Shown here piece after piece: positions 51,072 through 60,723 of a stretch of DNA of 61,741 bases. The stretch is from NCBI GenBank assembly GCA_035252665.1, contig DATFCW010000498.1:1-61741 (forward strand), read 5' to 3'. Below the pieces are notes generated by a model. The model saw nothing but the letters and a program-made list of their open reading frames with translations, ran no database searches and was not told the DNA's origin. Positions within the stretch are counted from its first letter, which is position 1, and each line of letters starts with the position of its first letter. The translations under genes were made by a program, and so were the position numbers. This DNA comes from Casimicrobiaceae bacterium. Its GTDB lineage: Bacteria > Pseudomonadota > Gammaproteobacteria > Burkholderiales > Casimicrobiaceae.

Positions 51072-52373
51072 ATGGCTGCCTCTTTCGCTCTGAAAGCCGT
51101 CGACGAGCGCGCGTCGGCGACCGATCGTTTCGGCAATCCGATCGATCCGGTCGTTCGCTACGCGCGTGGGCAAATCCTGCGAAGCACCGACGACGAGGTC
51201 GCCCGAATGCTTCGTGCGCGACGCATCGTCGGCGATCTCGTCAGAAGCGGCGGTCTTGGCGCCGTCCGCGATCTTTCCGGGATGAATCGCGGCAGCGGTC
51301 TCACCGCTGACGACGTGGCCCATCTGACGAGCCACGTCCCGTTCTTCGAGCGCTTCGAGGGCAAGACCGAGCCACTCGCATTGCGCCACATGGCAGCCGA
51401 TCCCGCGCGCCACGCGGCGCTGATTCTCAATCGCGTCTCTGCCGCGAATTTCATTTCGCTCACGACGTTGCTCGCGCGAAGCGATCGCGTGTTCGCATTC
51501 GCGCCGCGCGGCGGCGCATCGCACCCGTCGACGGTGCGGCCGATCGCCATGGTGGGCGCAGAGTTGACCGAATTCCATGACATCGACGATCTGGAGCGTG
51601 CATGGCAGGCGCGCGGCGCTCCGCGCATTCTTCTGATCACGCCGATCAGCGCGTCGAAGCGACACATTCCGTTCGACGACTTCAGGCGTGCGCTTGCGCT
51701 GCCGCGTGCGGCGAATACGCTCGCGTATGTCGACGATGCGCATCTTGCAACGCGCATCGCGTTCTTCGGGGAGCCGCCGACGTTCGAGGTCGGTGACATC
51801 GACATCGGCGTCTGCTCGGCCGACAAGCATGTCGCGGGTCCGCGGGCAGGCGTTCTCGTCGGCCGCAAGGATCTGATCAAGGCGATCGGCTCGCGCGCCT
51901 ACGAGCTCGGGCTCGAGGCCCAGGCGGGACAGTACGCCGGCGTCGCGAACGCGCTTCGCAACTTCGATCCGCGTCCGGTAAAGGAAGCGGGTGAGCTTGC
52001 GGGTACGCTCGCGGGCGCGCTGGCGGAACGCTATGGCGCGAATCGCGCCTATCTTGGAGGGCCCGGCGTTTCCATGGCAGGCGATGACGTGCTCGAAATC
52101 GCGCTTTCGCGTCGCCGCATCGACCGACCCAGGCTCGTCGCGGTCGAGGCGGCGGGGCTCGTCGCCATGCAGATGCTCGAGCATGACGGCATCCTGACGA
52201 TTGGCGCAGTGGCAATGCCGGGAAGTGCGCCCGCCGTGCGCCTGATGATGTATCCGGATGGGCCCAAGCTCGGCGTCGACGCAATCGCTTCGTCGCTGGA
52301 GGCTGCGATCGGGCGACTTGCCGAGGTCGTCGATGATTTGCCGGCTGCGCGCAGGCAATTGATCGGCGACTGA
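51072..52373 (+). CDS. SelA-like (MJ0158-type) fold-I PLP-dependent enzyme
   Basis: LNRVSAA, YVDDAH, CSADKHVAGPRAGVLVG PLP-lysine motif, LGLEA. Confidence 0.72.
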   Translation: MAASFALKAVDERASATDRFGNPIDPVVRYARGQILRSTDDEVARMLRARRIVGDLVRSGGLGAVRDLSGMNRGSGLTADDVAHLTSHVPFFERFEGKTEPLALRHMAADPARHAALILNRVSAANFISLTTLLARSDRVFAFAPRGGASHPSTVRPIAMVGAELTEFHDIDDLERAWQARGAPRILLITPISASKRHIPFDDFRRALALPRAANTLAYVDDAHLATRIAFFGEPPTFEVGDIDIGVCSADKHVAGPRAGVLVGRKDLIKAIGSRAYELGLEAQAGQYAGVANALRNFDPRPVKEAGELAGTLAGALAERYGANRAYLGGPGVSMAGDDVLEIALSRRRIDRPRLVAVEAAGLVAMQMLEHDGILTIGAVAMPGSAPAVRLMMYPDGPKLGVDAIASSLEAAIGRLAEVVDDLPAARRQLIGD

Positions 52374-52448
52374 TCTCATCCAGGGAGGCCGAGCTTCGTG
52401 GCCGAATGGCCGCGGCGCTCGCGCTCGTTTGGCTACAACAAAAAGGAT

Positions 52449-53951
52449 ATGCGCATGAACGTTCATCGAAGCGGCGGCCCCATCGCGGCGTTCGTCACGA
52501 TCCTCGTTGTCGCCGCTTGCGCAACGCCGCCTTCGACAAGGCAAGCCGGGCTCGATCGCATCGAGCACGTGATCGTGCTCTACGCCGAGAACCGCAGCTT
52601 CGACAACCTGTACGGGACTTTTCCGGGAGCCAACGGGCTCGCGAACGCGTCGGCCGCCCAATACACGCAAGTCGATCATGGCGGCAACCCGCTGCCGCAT
52701 TTGCCGCCGGTGTGGAAAGGCAGCACCTCGGATGCAGATCCAGCGTTCCCTAAGGATCTGCCGAACCGGCCGTTCGGCATCGACGCGCCGCCGATCAACC
52801 TGCCGTTGTCGGTAAAGACGCGCGATCTCATTCACGCGTTCTATCGCAATCAGGAACAGATCGACGGGGGGCGCAACGACCGATTCGTCGAAGCGAGCGA
52901 CGCCGGTGCGCTGGTCATGGGCCACTACGACGGTTCGAAGCTGCCGATGTGGAAGTGGGCGCAGGAATACACGCTTGCCGACGACTTCTTCATGGGCGCG
53001 TTCGGCGGCTCGTACCTGAACCACATGTGGCTGATCTGCGCATGCACGCCGATCGACCGCGACGGGCCCGCGAATCTGCGCGCCAAGCTCGACGATCGCG
53101 GCTGGCTCGCACGCGCGGCATCGTCGCCGGCATCGGTGCTCGACGGTCCGCCGAAATTCGTGCAATCGGGGCTTCTCACCCCCGACGGCTTTTCGGTCAA
53201 TACGACGCAACCGCGCTATCAGCCATCGATCGTTCCGCCCGCGCCCGGCGGCGACCCGCGCTATGCCGATCCTTCGAAGTACACGCTGCCGCCGCAGACG
53301 CTGAAGACGATCGGCGACACGCTGTCGGCGAAGGGCATCACGTGGGTGTGGTATTCGGGCGCCTGGGACGCGGCCGTCAAGGACGGCATGCAACCACCGC
53401 GGGCGAAGCGACTCGTGATCAACTATCGCGAGCCGGGCGGGCGCAACTTCATCACGCATCACCAGCCGTTCAATTATTTCGCACGTTTCGCGCCCGGCAC
53501 GCGTGATCGCGCCGAGCATCTCAAGGACGAGACCGAATTCATCGCGGGCATCGAGCGCGGCGAACTGCCGCAGGTCGTGTTCTACAAACCGCAGGGATCG
53601 CAGAACGAGCATCCGGGCTACGCGGACGTGCTCTCCGGCGACGAGCACATCGCCGGCATCGTCGCGAAGATCAAGGCGAGCCCGCTTTGGGCATCGAGCG
53701 TGATCATCGTGACCTACGACGAGAACGGCGGCTTCTGGGACCACGTCGCGCCGCCGAAAGGCGAGCGCTGGGGACCCGGCACGCGCATTCCGACGATGAT
53801 CATCTCGCCATTTGCGAAGCGCCATTACATCGACCACACGCACTACGATACGACGTCCATCCTCAAATTCATCACGCTGCGATTCGGGCTGGAGCCGTTG
53901 GCGGGGGTGAGGCAGGACGCGGGGGATCTGACGAACGCGTTGGAGTTTTGA
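52449..53951 (+). CDS. acpA: Acid phosphatase AcpA (phosphoesterase family), probable lipoprotein
   Basis: YAENRSFDNLYG, GGSYLNH, HHQPF, EHPG, TYDENGG.WDHV.PP, GPGTRIP; VAAC lipobox. Confidence 0.88.
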   Translation: MRMNVHRSGGPIAAFVTILVVAACATPPSTRQAGLDRIEHVIVLYAENRSFDNLYGTFPGANGLANASAAQYTQVDHGGNPLPHLPPVWKGSTSDADPAFPKDLPNRPFGIDAPPINLPLSVKTRDLIHAFYRNQEQIDGGRNDRFVEASDAGALVMGHYDGSKLPMWKWAQEYTLADDFFMGAFGGSYLNHMWLICACTPIDRDGPANLRAKLDDRGWLARAASSPASVLDGPPKFVQSGLLTPDGFSVNTTQPRYQPSIVPPAPGGDPRYADPSKYTLPPQTLKTIGDTLSAKGITWVWYSGAWDAAVKDGMQPPRAKRLVINYREPGGRNFITHHQPFNYFARFAPGTRDRAEHLKDETEFIAGIERGELPQVVFYKPQGSQNEHPGYADVLSGDEHIAGIVAKIKASPLWASSVIIVTYDENGGFWDHVAPPKGERWGPGTRIPTMIISPFAKRHYIDHTHYDTTSILKFITLRFGLEPLAGVRQDAGDLTNALEF

Positions 53952-54076
53952 GAAGCGGGGTGAGGGAGCAGGGACGGGGGATGAGAGTGCCTTGCGTCGC
54001 GGCGTTTCACGCTGACGCCAAACGAACGCCACTTTCCTCCCTCACCCCTCATCGCTCACGCCGCTCTTGACGTCCC

Positions 54077-55252
54077 GTGCCGCGCTCCATCCCCCGCGGC
54101 GTCTGGCTCCTCGGCTTCGTCAGCCTGCTGATGGACACGTCGAGCGAATCGATCCATGCGCTTTTGCCGCTCTACATGGTCGACACGCTAGGCGCATCCG
54201 TGCTCGTCGTCGGCATCATCGAAGGCATTGCCGAAGCGATCGCGCTGATCGTCAAGCTGTTCTCGGGACTGTGGTCCGATGCGTTCGGGCGCCGCAAGCC
54301 GCTCGTTCTCGCCGGCTACGCGCTTGCAGCGATATCGAAGCTCGCGTTTCCGTTGGGGACTTCGCTTGGCATCGTTGTCGCCGGACGATTCGCCGATCGT
54401 GTCGGCAAAGGCATTCGCGGCGCACCACGCGATGCGCTCGTTGCCGATCTCATATCTCCTGAGGTGCGCGGCGCCGCGTTCGGCTTGCGCCAGGCGCTCG
54501 ACAGCGTGGGCGCGGTCGCTGGTCCGCTGATGGCCGCATTGCTCATTGCGCACTTCGCCGGCAACTTCCGCACGACGTTCTGGATCGCCGTCATTCCCGC
54601 CGCGCTTTGCGTCGCGCTTCTCGCATTCGGCGTGCACGAACCGGATGCGCCGGCGCGCAAGCAGGATGGCAAGCGCATTTCCTGGCGCGATGCGCGTCGT
54701 CTCGATCGGCGCTTCTACGTTGTCACCGCGATCGCATCGGTGCTCACGCTCGCACGTTTCTCGGAAGCGTTCCTCGTGCTGCGCGCGCAGGACGTCGGCA
54801 TGGGTGCAACCGGCGCGCCCTGGGTGATGGTTGCGATGTCGAGCGTGTATGCGCTCTGCGCGTATCCGGCCGGGCGAATGGCCGATCGCGGTCATGCGAC
54901 AGCGCTACTGTCGTCGGGTTTTGCCGTGCTTGTCGCCGCCGATGTCGTGCTCGCGCTGGCGGGGAGTGCCAACGGCGCGCTCGCCGGCGCCGCGTTGTGG
55001 GGATTGCACATGGCGCTGACGCAGGGCCTGCTTGCCGCGCTCGTCGCCGCGACAGCACCCGCGGATCTGCGCGGGACCGCGTTCGGCGTTTTCAATGTCG
55101 CGAGCGGCATCGCGCTGCTCGTCGCAAGCGCGCTCGCAGGCGGACTCTGGCAGACGATCGGACCCTCGGCAACGTTCATTGCCGGTGCAGCTTTCACGAC
55201 GATCGCATGGATCGCGCTGCTGGTCGGCGCGCGACGCGTGCCGTCGCTTTGA
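54077..55252 (+). CDS. MFS transporter
   Basis: GLWSDAFGRRKP, DRVGKGIRGAPRDAL; multiple TM segments. Confidence 0.9.
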   Translation: MPRSIPRGVWLLGFVSLLMDTSSESIHALLPLYMVDTLGASVLVVGIIEGIAEAIALIVKLFSGLWSDAFGRRKPLVLAGYALAAISKLAFPLGTSLGIVVAGRFADRVGKGIRGAPRDALVADLISPEVRGAAFGLRQALDSVGAVAGPLMAALLIAHFAGNFRTTFWIAVIPAALCVALLAFGVHEPDAPARKQDGKRISWRDARRLDRRFYVVTAIASVLTLARFSEAFLVLRAQDVGMGATGAPWVMVAMSSVYALCAYPAGRMADRGHATALLSSGFAVLVAADVVLALAGSANGALAGAALWGLHMALTQGLLAALVAATAPADLRGTAFGVFNVASGIALLVASALAGGLWQTIGPSATFIAGAAFTTIAWIALLVGARRVPSL

Positions 55253-55426
55253 TTCCCTGGTTCGATCGTCAATAGCGCTCGTCGGAACGTTTGCGCAAGC
55301 CCTCGATATCGGCCCGCCGCACGCCGCTCCTCCGCGCGCAGCTTGCCGAGCGCCGACGGGTCGTTACGATCTCGTCGAGCCGTCGGCGCGTGGGCATTGA
55401 GACCGACGGGGCAACCCGACCGCGCG

Positions 55427-55440
55427 TTGATCTGAATCAA
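55427..55440. promoter_or_regulatory. FNR/DNR/NnrR box upstream of nnrS
   Basis: TTGATCTGAATCAA is a perfect TTGAT-N4-ATCAA. Confidence 0.85.
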
Positions 55441-55513
55441 ACGGATGCCGAATGCTTCTCGGGGCATCAACGTTTTTTCGTACACTCGACGAGGACGTCC
55501 CGATCGCGCAACG

Positions 55514-56674
55514 ATGACTGATGATGTAACCATTCCCGCCGTGTTTCGGCTGGGATTCCGGCCTTTCTACCTGGCGGCCAGTGTTTTTGCCGCACTATCG
55601 ATCGTGCTCTGGGCCGCGCAGTATTCGGGGTGGCTTCGCGCGCCGCTGATCGGAGGACCTCTTGCTCATGCGCACGAGATGCTGTACGGCTACACGTTCG
55701 CCGTAGTGGCCGGGTTTCTCTTCACCGCGGTACGCAATTGGAGCGGCCGGCCGACGCCGCGTGGCGGCCTCCTCGCAGGCATCGTTGCGATCTGGGTGGC
55801 CGCGCGCGTCCTCGCGTTTACGCCTTTCAGCGTGGCGACAATTTGCGCGAACGTCGCGTTTCTGCTTGCCGTCGCCGGGGGCATCGCCGTGCCGCTCGTC
55901 CAAAGCGGCAATCGTCGCAACTATTTCTTCGTGGCGATCGTCGCGGCCGCGGCCATCGCGGAAGCGCTGACGCAACTTGGCAGCATCGGCGCGCTTGCCT
56001 TTCCCGCCATGCGCGGACTTCAGATCGGGTTCGACCTGGTCATTCTTATCATCACGATCGTTACCGGCCGCGTGATTCCGATGTTCACGAACAACGCCAT
56101 CCCGCAGGCCGGCGCGCGGCGTCTGCCGATCCTCGAGAAAGTGTCGATCGCGATCGTATTGCTGGTGCTCGCCGCCGACCTTGCGGGCTTGTCGGGTGCA
56201 CCGCTTGCCGGCGTGCTCGCATTCGCGGCAGCAGTGCACTCGACGCGGTTGGGTCTCTGGCGGCCTTGGCGAACGCTGCACGCGCCACTGGTGTGGTCGC
56301 TCGACCTGGCGTATGTCTGGCTGCCGATTCACTTCGCGCTGCGCGCGGCCGCCGAACTTGGCAGAGCGCCGCTGTCGCTCGCGATTCATGCGCTCACCGT
56401 CGGTGCGATCGGCGGTCTCACGCTGGCGATGATGACGCGCACCGCGCGCGGCCACACGGGTCTTCCGTTACGTGCCGATGGCGCCGATGTGATCGCCTAC
56501 GTGCTGGTCTTCGGCGCAGCGCTTCTGCGCGTGTTCGGACCGCTCGTGGCACCGCCGCTGCAGATCGGTTGGATCGCAGTTTCCGCGCTGCTTTGGGCGA
56601 GCGCGTTCGGACTCTATTTCATCGCCTACTGGCCGCGGCTGACCATGCCGCGGCGCGATGGAAAGCCAGGCTGA
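55514..56674 (+). CDS. nnrS: NnrS-family heme-copper membrane protein
   Basis: GFRPFYL, HAHEMLYG, GFLFTAV.NW, GRVIPMFT, HALTVG, RGHTG. Confidence 0.93.
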   Translation: MTDDVTIPAVFRLGFRPFYLAASVFAALSIVLWAAQYSGWLRAPLIGGPLAHAHEMLYGYTFAVVAGFLFTAVRNWSGRPTPRGGLLAGIVAIWVAARVLAFTPFSVATICANVAFLLAVAGGIAVPLVQSGNRRNYFFVAIVAAAAIAEALTQLGSIGALAFPAMRGLQIGFDLVILIITIVTGRVIPMFTNNAIPQAGARRLPILEKVSIAIVLLVLAADLAGLSGAPLAGVLAFAAAVHSTRLGLWRPWRTLHAPLVWSLDLAYVWLPIHFALRAAAELGRAPLSLAIHALTVGAIGGLTLAMMTRTARGHTGLPLRADGADVIAYVLVFGAALLRVFGPLVAPPLQIGWIAVSALLWASAFGLYFIAYWPRLTMPRRDGKPG

Positions 56675-56679
56675 TAGCG

Positions 56680-56988
56680 ATGGCGACCGACAAGATCGAG
56701 CAGACGATCGCGGCGAAGACGATTACCGCGTGGCAGTGCATCGGTTGCGGCCGGCTCGAGGCGCCGCAGAACTGCATCGGCGTATGTCAGGATCGCAAGG
56801 TCGAGCTCGTCACGGCATGGGACCATGCCGAGGCGTTGCTCGCGCTGGAGGAAGCGAACGAGCGAATCGCGGCGCTCGAAGGCGTGCTCGCGACGCTCGT
56901 GCGTACGGCGCCGCGCGAAGGCGCCTGGAAGGACTCTTATCTTGCGCTTCAGACGCAGGCTCGCAACGTTCTGGCGCGTTCCAGATAA
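56680..56988 (+). CDS. Small four-cysteine protein
   Basis: WQCIGCGRLEAPQNCIGVC followed by a coiled coil; 5 nt after nnrS. Confidence 0.7.
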   Translation: MATDKIEQTIAAKTITAWQCIGCGRLEAPQNCIGVCQDRKVELVTAWDHAEALLALEEANERIAALEGVLATLVRTAPREGAWKDSYLALQTQARNVLARSR

Positions 56989-57080
56989 GTTGTCGAGATC
57001 CCGCGCGCCGCGACGAGCGACCTTGCGATCATCGCGTGTAGGGTTGGCGTGGCGATCTGCCAGAACAGCACGCCAACCAT

Positions 57081-57330
57081 CTATCCGGTTATGTCGAAGG
57101 TGAGTACGTGCGCGTCGCCGCGCAGTCGTCGGGAACGCTCGTGACGCTTGCGGTCGCGCGCGTTTGCGAGGTGACGAAGGACGCGCCGCTCTTCACGCTC
57201 GAAAGTGAGCACGAGCGTGCCGCGCGCGCTGAAGCCGAAGCGCGCGTGCGCCAGGCGCAGGCCCACGCTCGGCTCGCCAATCTCGTGAAGGCGCGGCGAC
57301 CGCCGGAGATCGCCGCGGCGGCCGCCAAGT
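57081..57330 (+). pseudogene. Fragment of a HlyD-family membrane-fusion protein
   Basis: GYVEGEYVRVAA..SGTL..LAV.R...V....PLFTLE..ERAAR.EAEA...L.K.RRP.EIAA; lacks the N-terminal anchor and the C-terminal part; boundaries approximate. Confidence 0.7.
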
Positions 57331-57394
57331 CAAAGCGGCGAACGATGCGCTCGCGCAGGCGAGTGGCGCGTCGGGCCGTATCGGGACGTGATGT

Positions 57395-57451
57395 CTGGCA
57401 CCAATATCGAAATACATCTCTGGCACCAATTTCGGGGCTGGCACCAATTTC
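57395..57451. repeat. Three tandem right-arm fragments of the GGTGCCAGAGATGTATTTC element
   Basis: CTGGCACCAAT at 57395, 57420 and 57438; the middle copy carries the full GAAATACATCTCTGGCACCAATTTC. Confidence 0.85.
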
Positions 57452-57550
57452 GCCGGCGTAAGGTTTCGAAAGCGGCGCCGACTTCTCGCACTGAGCGGCC
57501 GGAAAACGCTCGACCCGGCCTGACCCCTCGAGGATGCGAGAATCAAAGCG

Positions 57551-58426
57551 ATGAACGACCACGCCATTCCGGCGGCAAGCGAGCGCGAGGTGCTCCGGCC
57601 GCCAACTTCGCGGCGCCTTTATTTCCGCCACACGCTGGCGGTTCGCGTGATGCACTGGATCAACGCGATCGCGCTCGTCATCATGCTGATGAGCGGGTTG
57701 CAGATCTTCAACGCGCATCCGGCGCTCTACTTCGGCGATCAATCGTACAGCGGCCGTCCTGCGTGGCTCGAGATCGGCGCCACCGAGGACGGCCAGGGCA
57801 ACCCTGTCGGCTACACGCGACTTCTAGGGCACGAGTTCGTCACGACCGGCGTGCTCGGCGTGTCGAGCGACGGCGGGCGCGTCTACGCGCAGGGATTTCC
57901 TTCGTGGATCACGATCCCGAGCCATCAATGGCTCGCGATGGCGCGCACCTGGCACTTTTTCTTCGCCTGGGTGTTCCTGATCAACGGGCTCTGCTTCGTC
58001 ATCTATACGATCTTGAGCCGCCACCTTGCGCGCGATCTGTGGCCGACGCCCGACGACGTGCGCGGCATCGGGAGATCGATCGTCGATCACCTGCACCTGC
58101 GCCATCCGACCGGCGAAGCGGCGAAACGCTACAACGTATTGCAGAAACTCGCATATCTGACGGTGATCTATATTTTATTGCCGCTGATCGTGCTGATGGG
58201 CCTCGGCATGTCGCCGCGGCTCGATACGTTGTTCGGCGGTTGGGTCAGCTGGTTTGGCGGCCGGCAGACGGTGCGCTCGATCCATTTCATCGTCGCGTGG
58301 ATGCTCGTCGCGTTCGTGGTGATCCACGTGTTCGAGGTGATCGTCACCGGCTTCTGGAACAACGTCCGCTCGATGATCACCGGCCGCTATCGGCTGCCGA
58401 AGGAGAAGGCGCATGAATCATCTTGA
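57551..58426 (+). CDS. Cytochrome b/b6-domain membrane subunit
   Basis: RVMHWIN, MSGLQIFNAHP, WHFFFAW, YNVLQKLAY, RSIHF, IHV. Confidence 0.88.
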   Translation: MNDHAIPAASEREVLRPPTSRRLYFRHTLAVRVMHWINAIALVIMLMSGLQIFNAHPALYFGDQSYSGRPAWLEIGATEDGQGNPVGYTRLLGHEFVTTGVLGVSSDGGRVYAQGFPSWITIPSHQWLAMARTWHFFFAWVFLINGLCFVIYTILSRHLARDLWPTPDDVRGIGRSIVDHLHLRHPTGEAAKRYNVLQKLAYLTVIYILLPLIVLMGLGMSPRLDTLFGGWVSWFGGRQTVRSIHFIVAWMLVAFVVIHVFEVIVTGFWNNVRSMITGRYRLPKEKAHESS

Positions 58427-59189
58427 CGGCGTCTCGCGGCGGCGTTTTCTCGGCCGCATCGTTTCGGCATTCGGCGCATTCGGCCTCGCCGGCTGCGATC
58501 GCTTGTCGCAAACCGATTGGTTTCCGAAGGTTCTCGGCTCCGCCGAGCGTCTGAACGACCGGGTCGCCACGCTGGTCACCGGGCGCAAGGCGATGGCGCA
58601 GGAGTTTCCGCCGGCCGCGATCTCACCCACGTTTCGCAGCAACGGCACCGCGGACCCCGACAATCCGCAGTATGCGGCGCTCGCCGCGAATCATTTCGCC
58701 GATTACGCGCTCGAAGTGACGGGCCTCGTCGCGGCGCCGCGGAAGTTCACGCTCGACGAGCTGCGCGCGTTGCCGAGCCGCACGCAGATCACGCGGCACG
58801 ACTGCGTCGAAGGGTGGAGCGCGATCGGCAAGTGGCAGGGCGCAAGGCTCTCCGCGTTGCTCGACGTCGTGAAGCCCACGTCGCGCGCGCGCTTCGTCGT
58901 GTTCCATTGCGCCGATCCGATGAACGAGGACGGCACGTCGCCGTACTACGAGAGCATCGACATGGACGACGCGTATCACGTCCAGACGATCCTTGCGTAC
59001 GCGCTGAACGACGGGCCGCTGCCGATCAAGAATGGTGCGCCGATCAGGCTTCGCGTCGAGCGACAGCTAGGCTATAAGCATGCAAAGTACGTAATGCGCC
59101 TCGAACTCGTCGAAAGCTTCGCGCACATCGGCGAAGGCCACGGTGGCTACTGGGAGGACCAGGGCTACCAGTGGTACGCCGGAGTGTGA
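58413..59189 (+). CDS. Sulfite-oxidase-family molybdopterin oxidoreductase (MsrP-like), Tat-exported
   Basis: SRRRFL, LAGC, RHDCVEGWS Mo-ligand Cys, NGAPIRL, GYKHAK, GGYWED. Confidence 0.9.
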   Translation: MNHLDGVSRRRFLGRIVSAFGAFGLAGCDRLSQTDWFPKVLGSAERLNDRVATLVTGRKAMAQEFPPAAISPTFRSNGTADPDNPQYAALAANHFADYALEVTGLVAAPRKFTLDELRALPSRTQITRHDCVEGWSAIGKWQGARLSALLDVVKPTSRARFVVFHCADPMNEDGTSPYYESIDMDDAYHVQTILAYALNDGPLPIKNGAPIRLRVERQLGYKHAKYVMRLELVESFAHIGEGHGGYWEDQGYQWYAGV

Positions 59190-59201
59190 CTACTCGGCGA
59201 T

Positions 59202-59873
59202 TTACGCCGCGTCGCGCGGAAAGGACGCTTCGCTGACTGCCGCCGCGTCGAGCAGCGCGTGCACTTCCTCGTCGGTGGTCTGGCCGAAATCGTCGTACCA
59301 GGCGCCGACGGCGAGAAACGGCCGCGGCGTTTGCGCGCACACCACTTCGTCGACCGCGCGGCGCAGCGCCTCGCATGTTTCCGGCGCTGCCACGGGAACC
59401 GCGACGACGATCTTCTTCGGTTGCTGGCGGCGCACGGCCGTCGCCGCCGCGAGCATCGTCGATCCGGTCGCAAGACCGTCGTCGACGAGGATCGCTACCC
59501 GTCCCGCGAGCGCGAGCGGCGGTCGCTCCCCCCGATAGCGACGCTCGCGCCGATCGAGCTCGCTGCGCTCGCGCGCGACGACCGTATCGAGCAGCGGCTT
59601 CGGCACGTTGTCGATCGGCACGTCGGGATTCATCACCATGACGTCGCCGGTCGCGATCGCGCCCATCGCGAACTCCTCATGTCCCGGCAGTCCTAGCTTG
59701 CGCACGACGAACACATCGAGTGGCGCGTGCAGTGCGCGGGCGACCTCGAAGCCGACGGGAACGCCGCCGCGCGGCAACGCGAGCACGACGACATCGCGAT
59801 CGTCGCGATAGGCGAAAAGCCTTTGCGCGAGATATTGGCCGGCTTCCCGGCGATTGGCGAAGCGGGTCAGCAT
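59202..59873 (-). CDS. Phosphoribosyltransferase-family protein
   Basis: LPRGGVPV, VRKLG.P..EE.A.GA, LVDDGLATG PRPP loop. Confidence 0.9.
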   Translation of the reverse strand: MLTRFANRREAGQYLAQRLFAYRDDRDVVVLALPRGGVPVGFEVARALHAPLDVFVVRKLGLPGHEEFAMGAIATGDVMVMNPDVPIDNVPKPLLDTVVARERSELDRRERRYRGERPPLALAGRVAILVDDGLATGSTMLAAATAVRRQQPKKIVVAVPVAAPETCEALRRAVDEVVCAQTPRPFLAVGAWYDDFGQTTDEEVHALLDAAAVSEASFPRDAA

Positions 59874-60553
59874 CAGCGCGCGTTCTCGACGATCAGGAAC
59901 TCGACGAGCCACTCGGCGGCGAGGTTGGCGACGCGCTCGAGCGCGCCCGGTTCCTCGAACAGATGCGTTGCGCCTGGCACGATTTCGAGCCGCTTTTCGC
60001 TGCCGAGAAGCGCGAGCGCGCGACGATTGAGATCGAGCACGACGTCGTCCGCCCCGCCAACGACGAGCAGCGTCGGCGACTTCACTTTCGCGAGCGCATC
60101 GCCCGCGAGGTCCGGCCTTCCGCCGCGCGAGACAACCGCGCCGACACGGTTGCCCAGCTCGGAAGCGGCGACCAGCGCCGCGGCTGCACCGGTGCTCGCG
60201 CCGAAATAGCCCACCGGAAGCGACGCAAGTTCGGCCTGCGCATCGACCCACCGGGTCGCGAACGCGAGACGCTTGGCGAGCAGACCGATGTCGAAGCGAT
60301 GTTGACGCGTATAGGTATCGCGCTCGTCCTCGCTGCTCGTCAGCAGATCGAACAGCAGCGTCGCGAGACCGGCCTGCTGCAAACGTCCGGCGACCCAGAC
60401 GTTACGCGGGCTCGAACGGCTGCTGCCGCTGCCATGCGCGAAGAGTACGATGGCTTTCGCACCCGCGGGGATCGTGAGATTTCCGTCCAGCGACGCCTCG
60501 CCCGCGGGGATCGTGATCGCGCGCTCGACGCGATCGGCCACTTCTCGTGTCAT
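59873..60553 (-). CDS. Dienelactone-hydrolase-family alpha/beta hydrolase
   Basis: FAHGSGSSR.SPRN, YFGASTG, SRGGRPDLA, ATHLFEEPG. Confidence 0.88.
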   Translation of the reverse strand: MTREVADRVERAITIPAGEASLDGNLTIPAGAKAIVLFAHGSGSSRSSPRNVWVAGRLQQAGLATLLFDLLTSSEDERDTYTRQHRFDIGLLAKRLAFATRWVDAQAELASLPVGYFGASTGAAAALVAASELGNRVGAVVSRGGRPDLAGDALAKVKSPTLLVVGGADDVVLDLNRRALALLGSEKRLEIVPGATHLFEEPGALERVANLAAEWLVEFLIVENAR

Positions 60554-60723
60554 GCCGGCGCTTTCCAAAATCGCTCTGATGCTCGCGCAATAAGCGTACC
60601 GGTCACGCGATTGCGCACTCCTGGGCGTGCTCCGGTCGCAGCAAGCTGAACCGCGCGGCGTTTCCTTCGCGTAGCGATGTAATTGTTACACCGCGCCAAG
60701 GGTGTTCCGACTTGCGCGAAGCG

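Noticed and set aside
51072-52373. Selenocysteine synthase selA, linked to the selenium-binding protein
   Set aside because: Only the PLP motif is SelA-like, there are no selB/selC/selD in the window, and the SBP56 name does not imply Sec metabolism
57395-57451. Possible mini CRISPR array
   Set aside because: The repeats are only 11 bp with 7-14 nt spacers, belong to the dispersed IR family, and no cas genes are present
58413-59189. Mo-oxidoreductase as the sulfite sink of the sulfolactate pathway
   Set aside because: It lies more than 50 kb away and belongs to a widespread cytochrome b/MsrP-like pair; there is no evidence of a functional link
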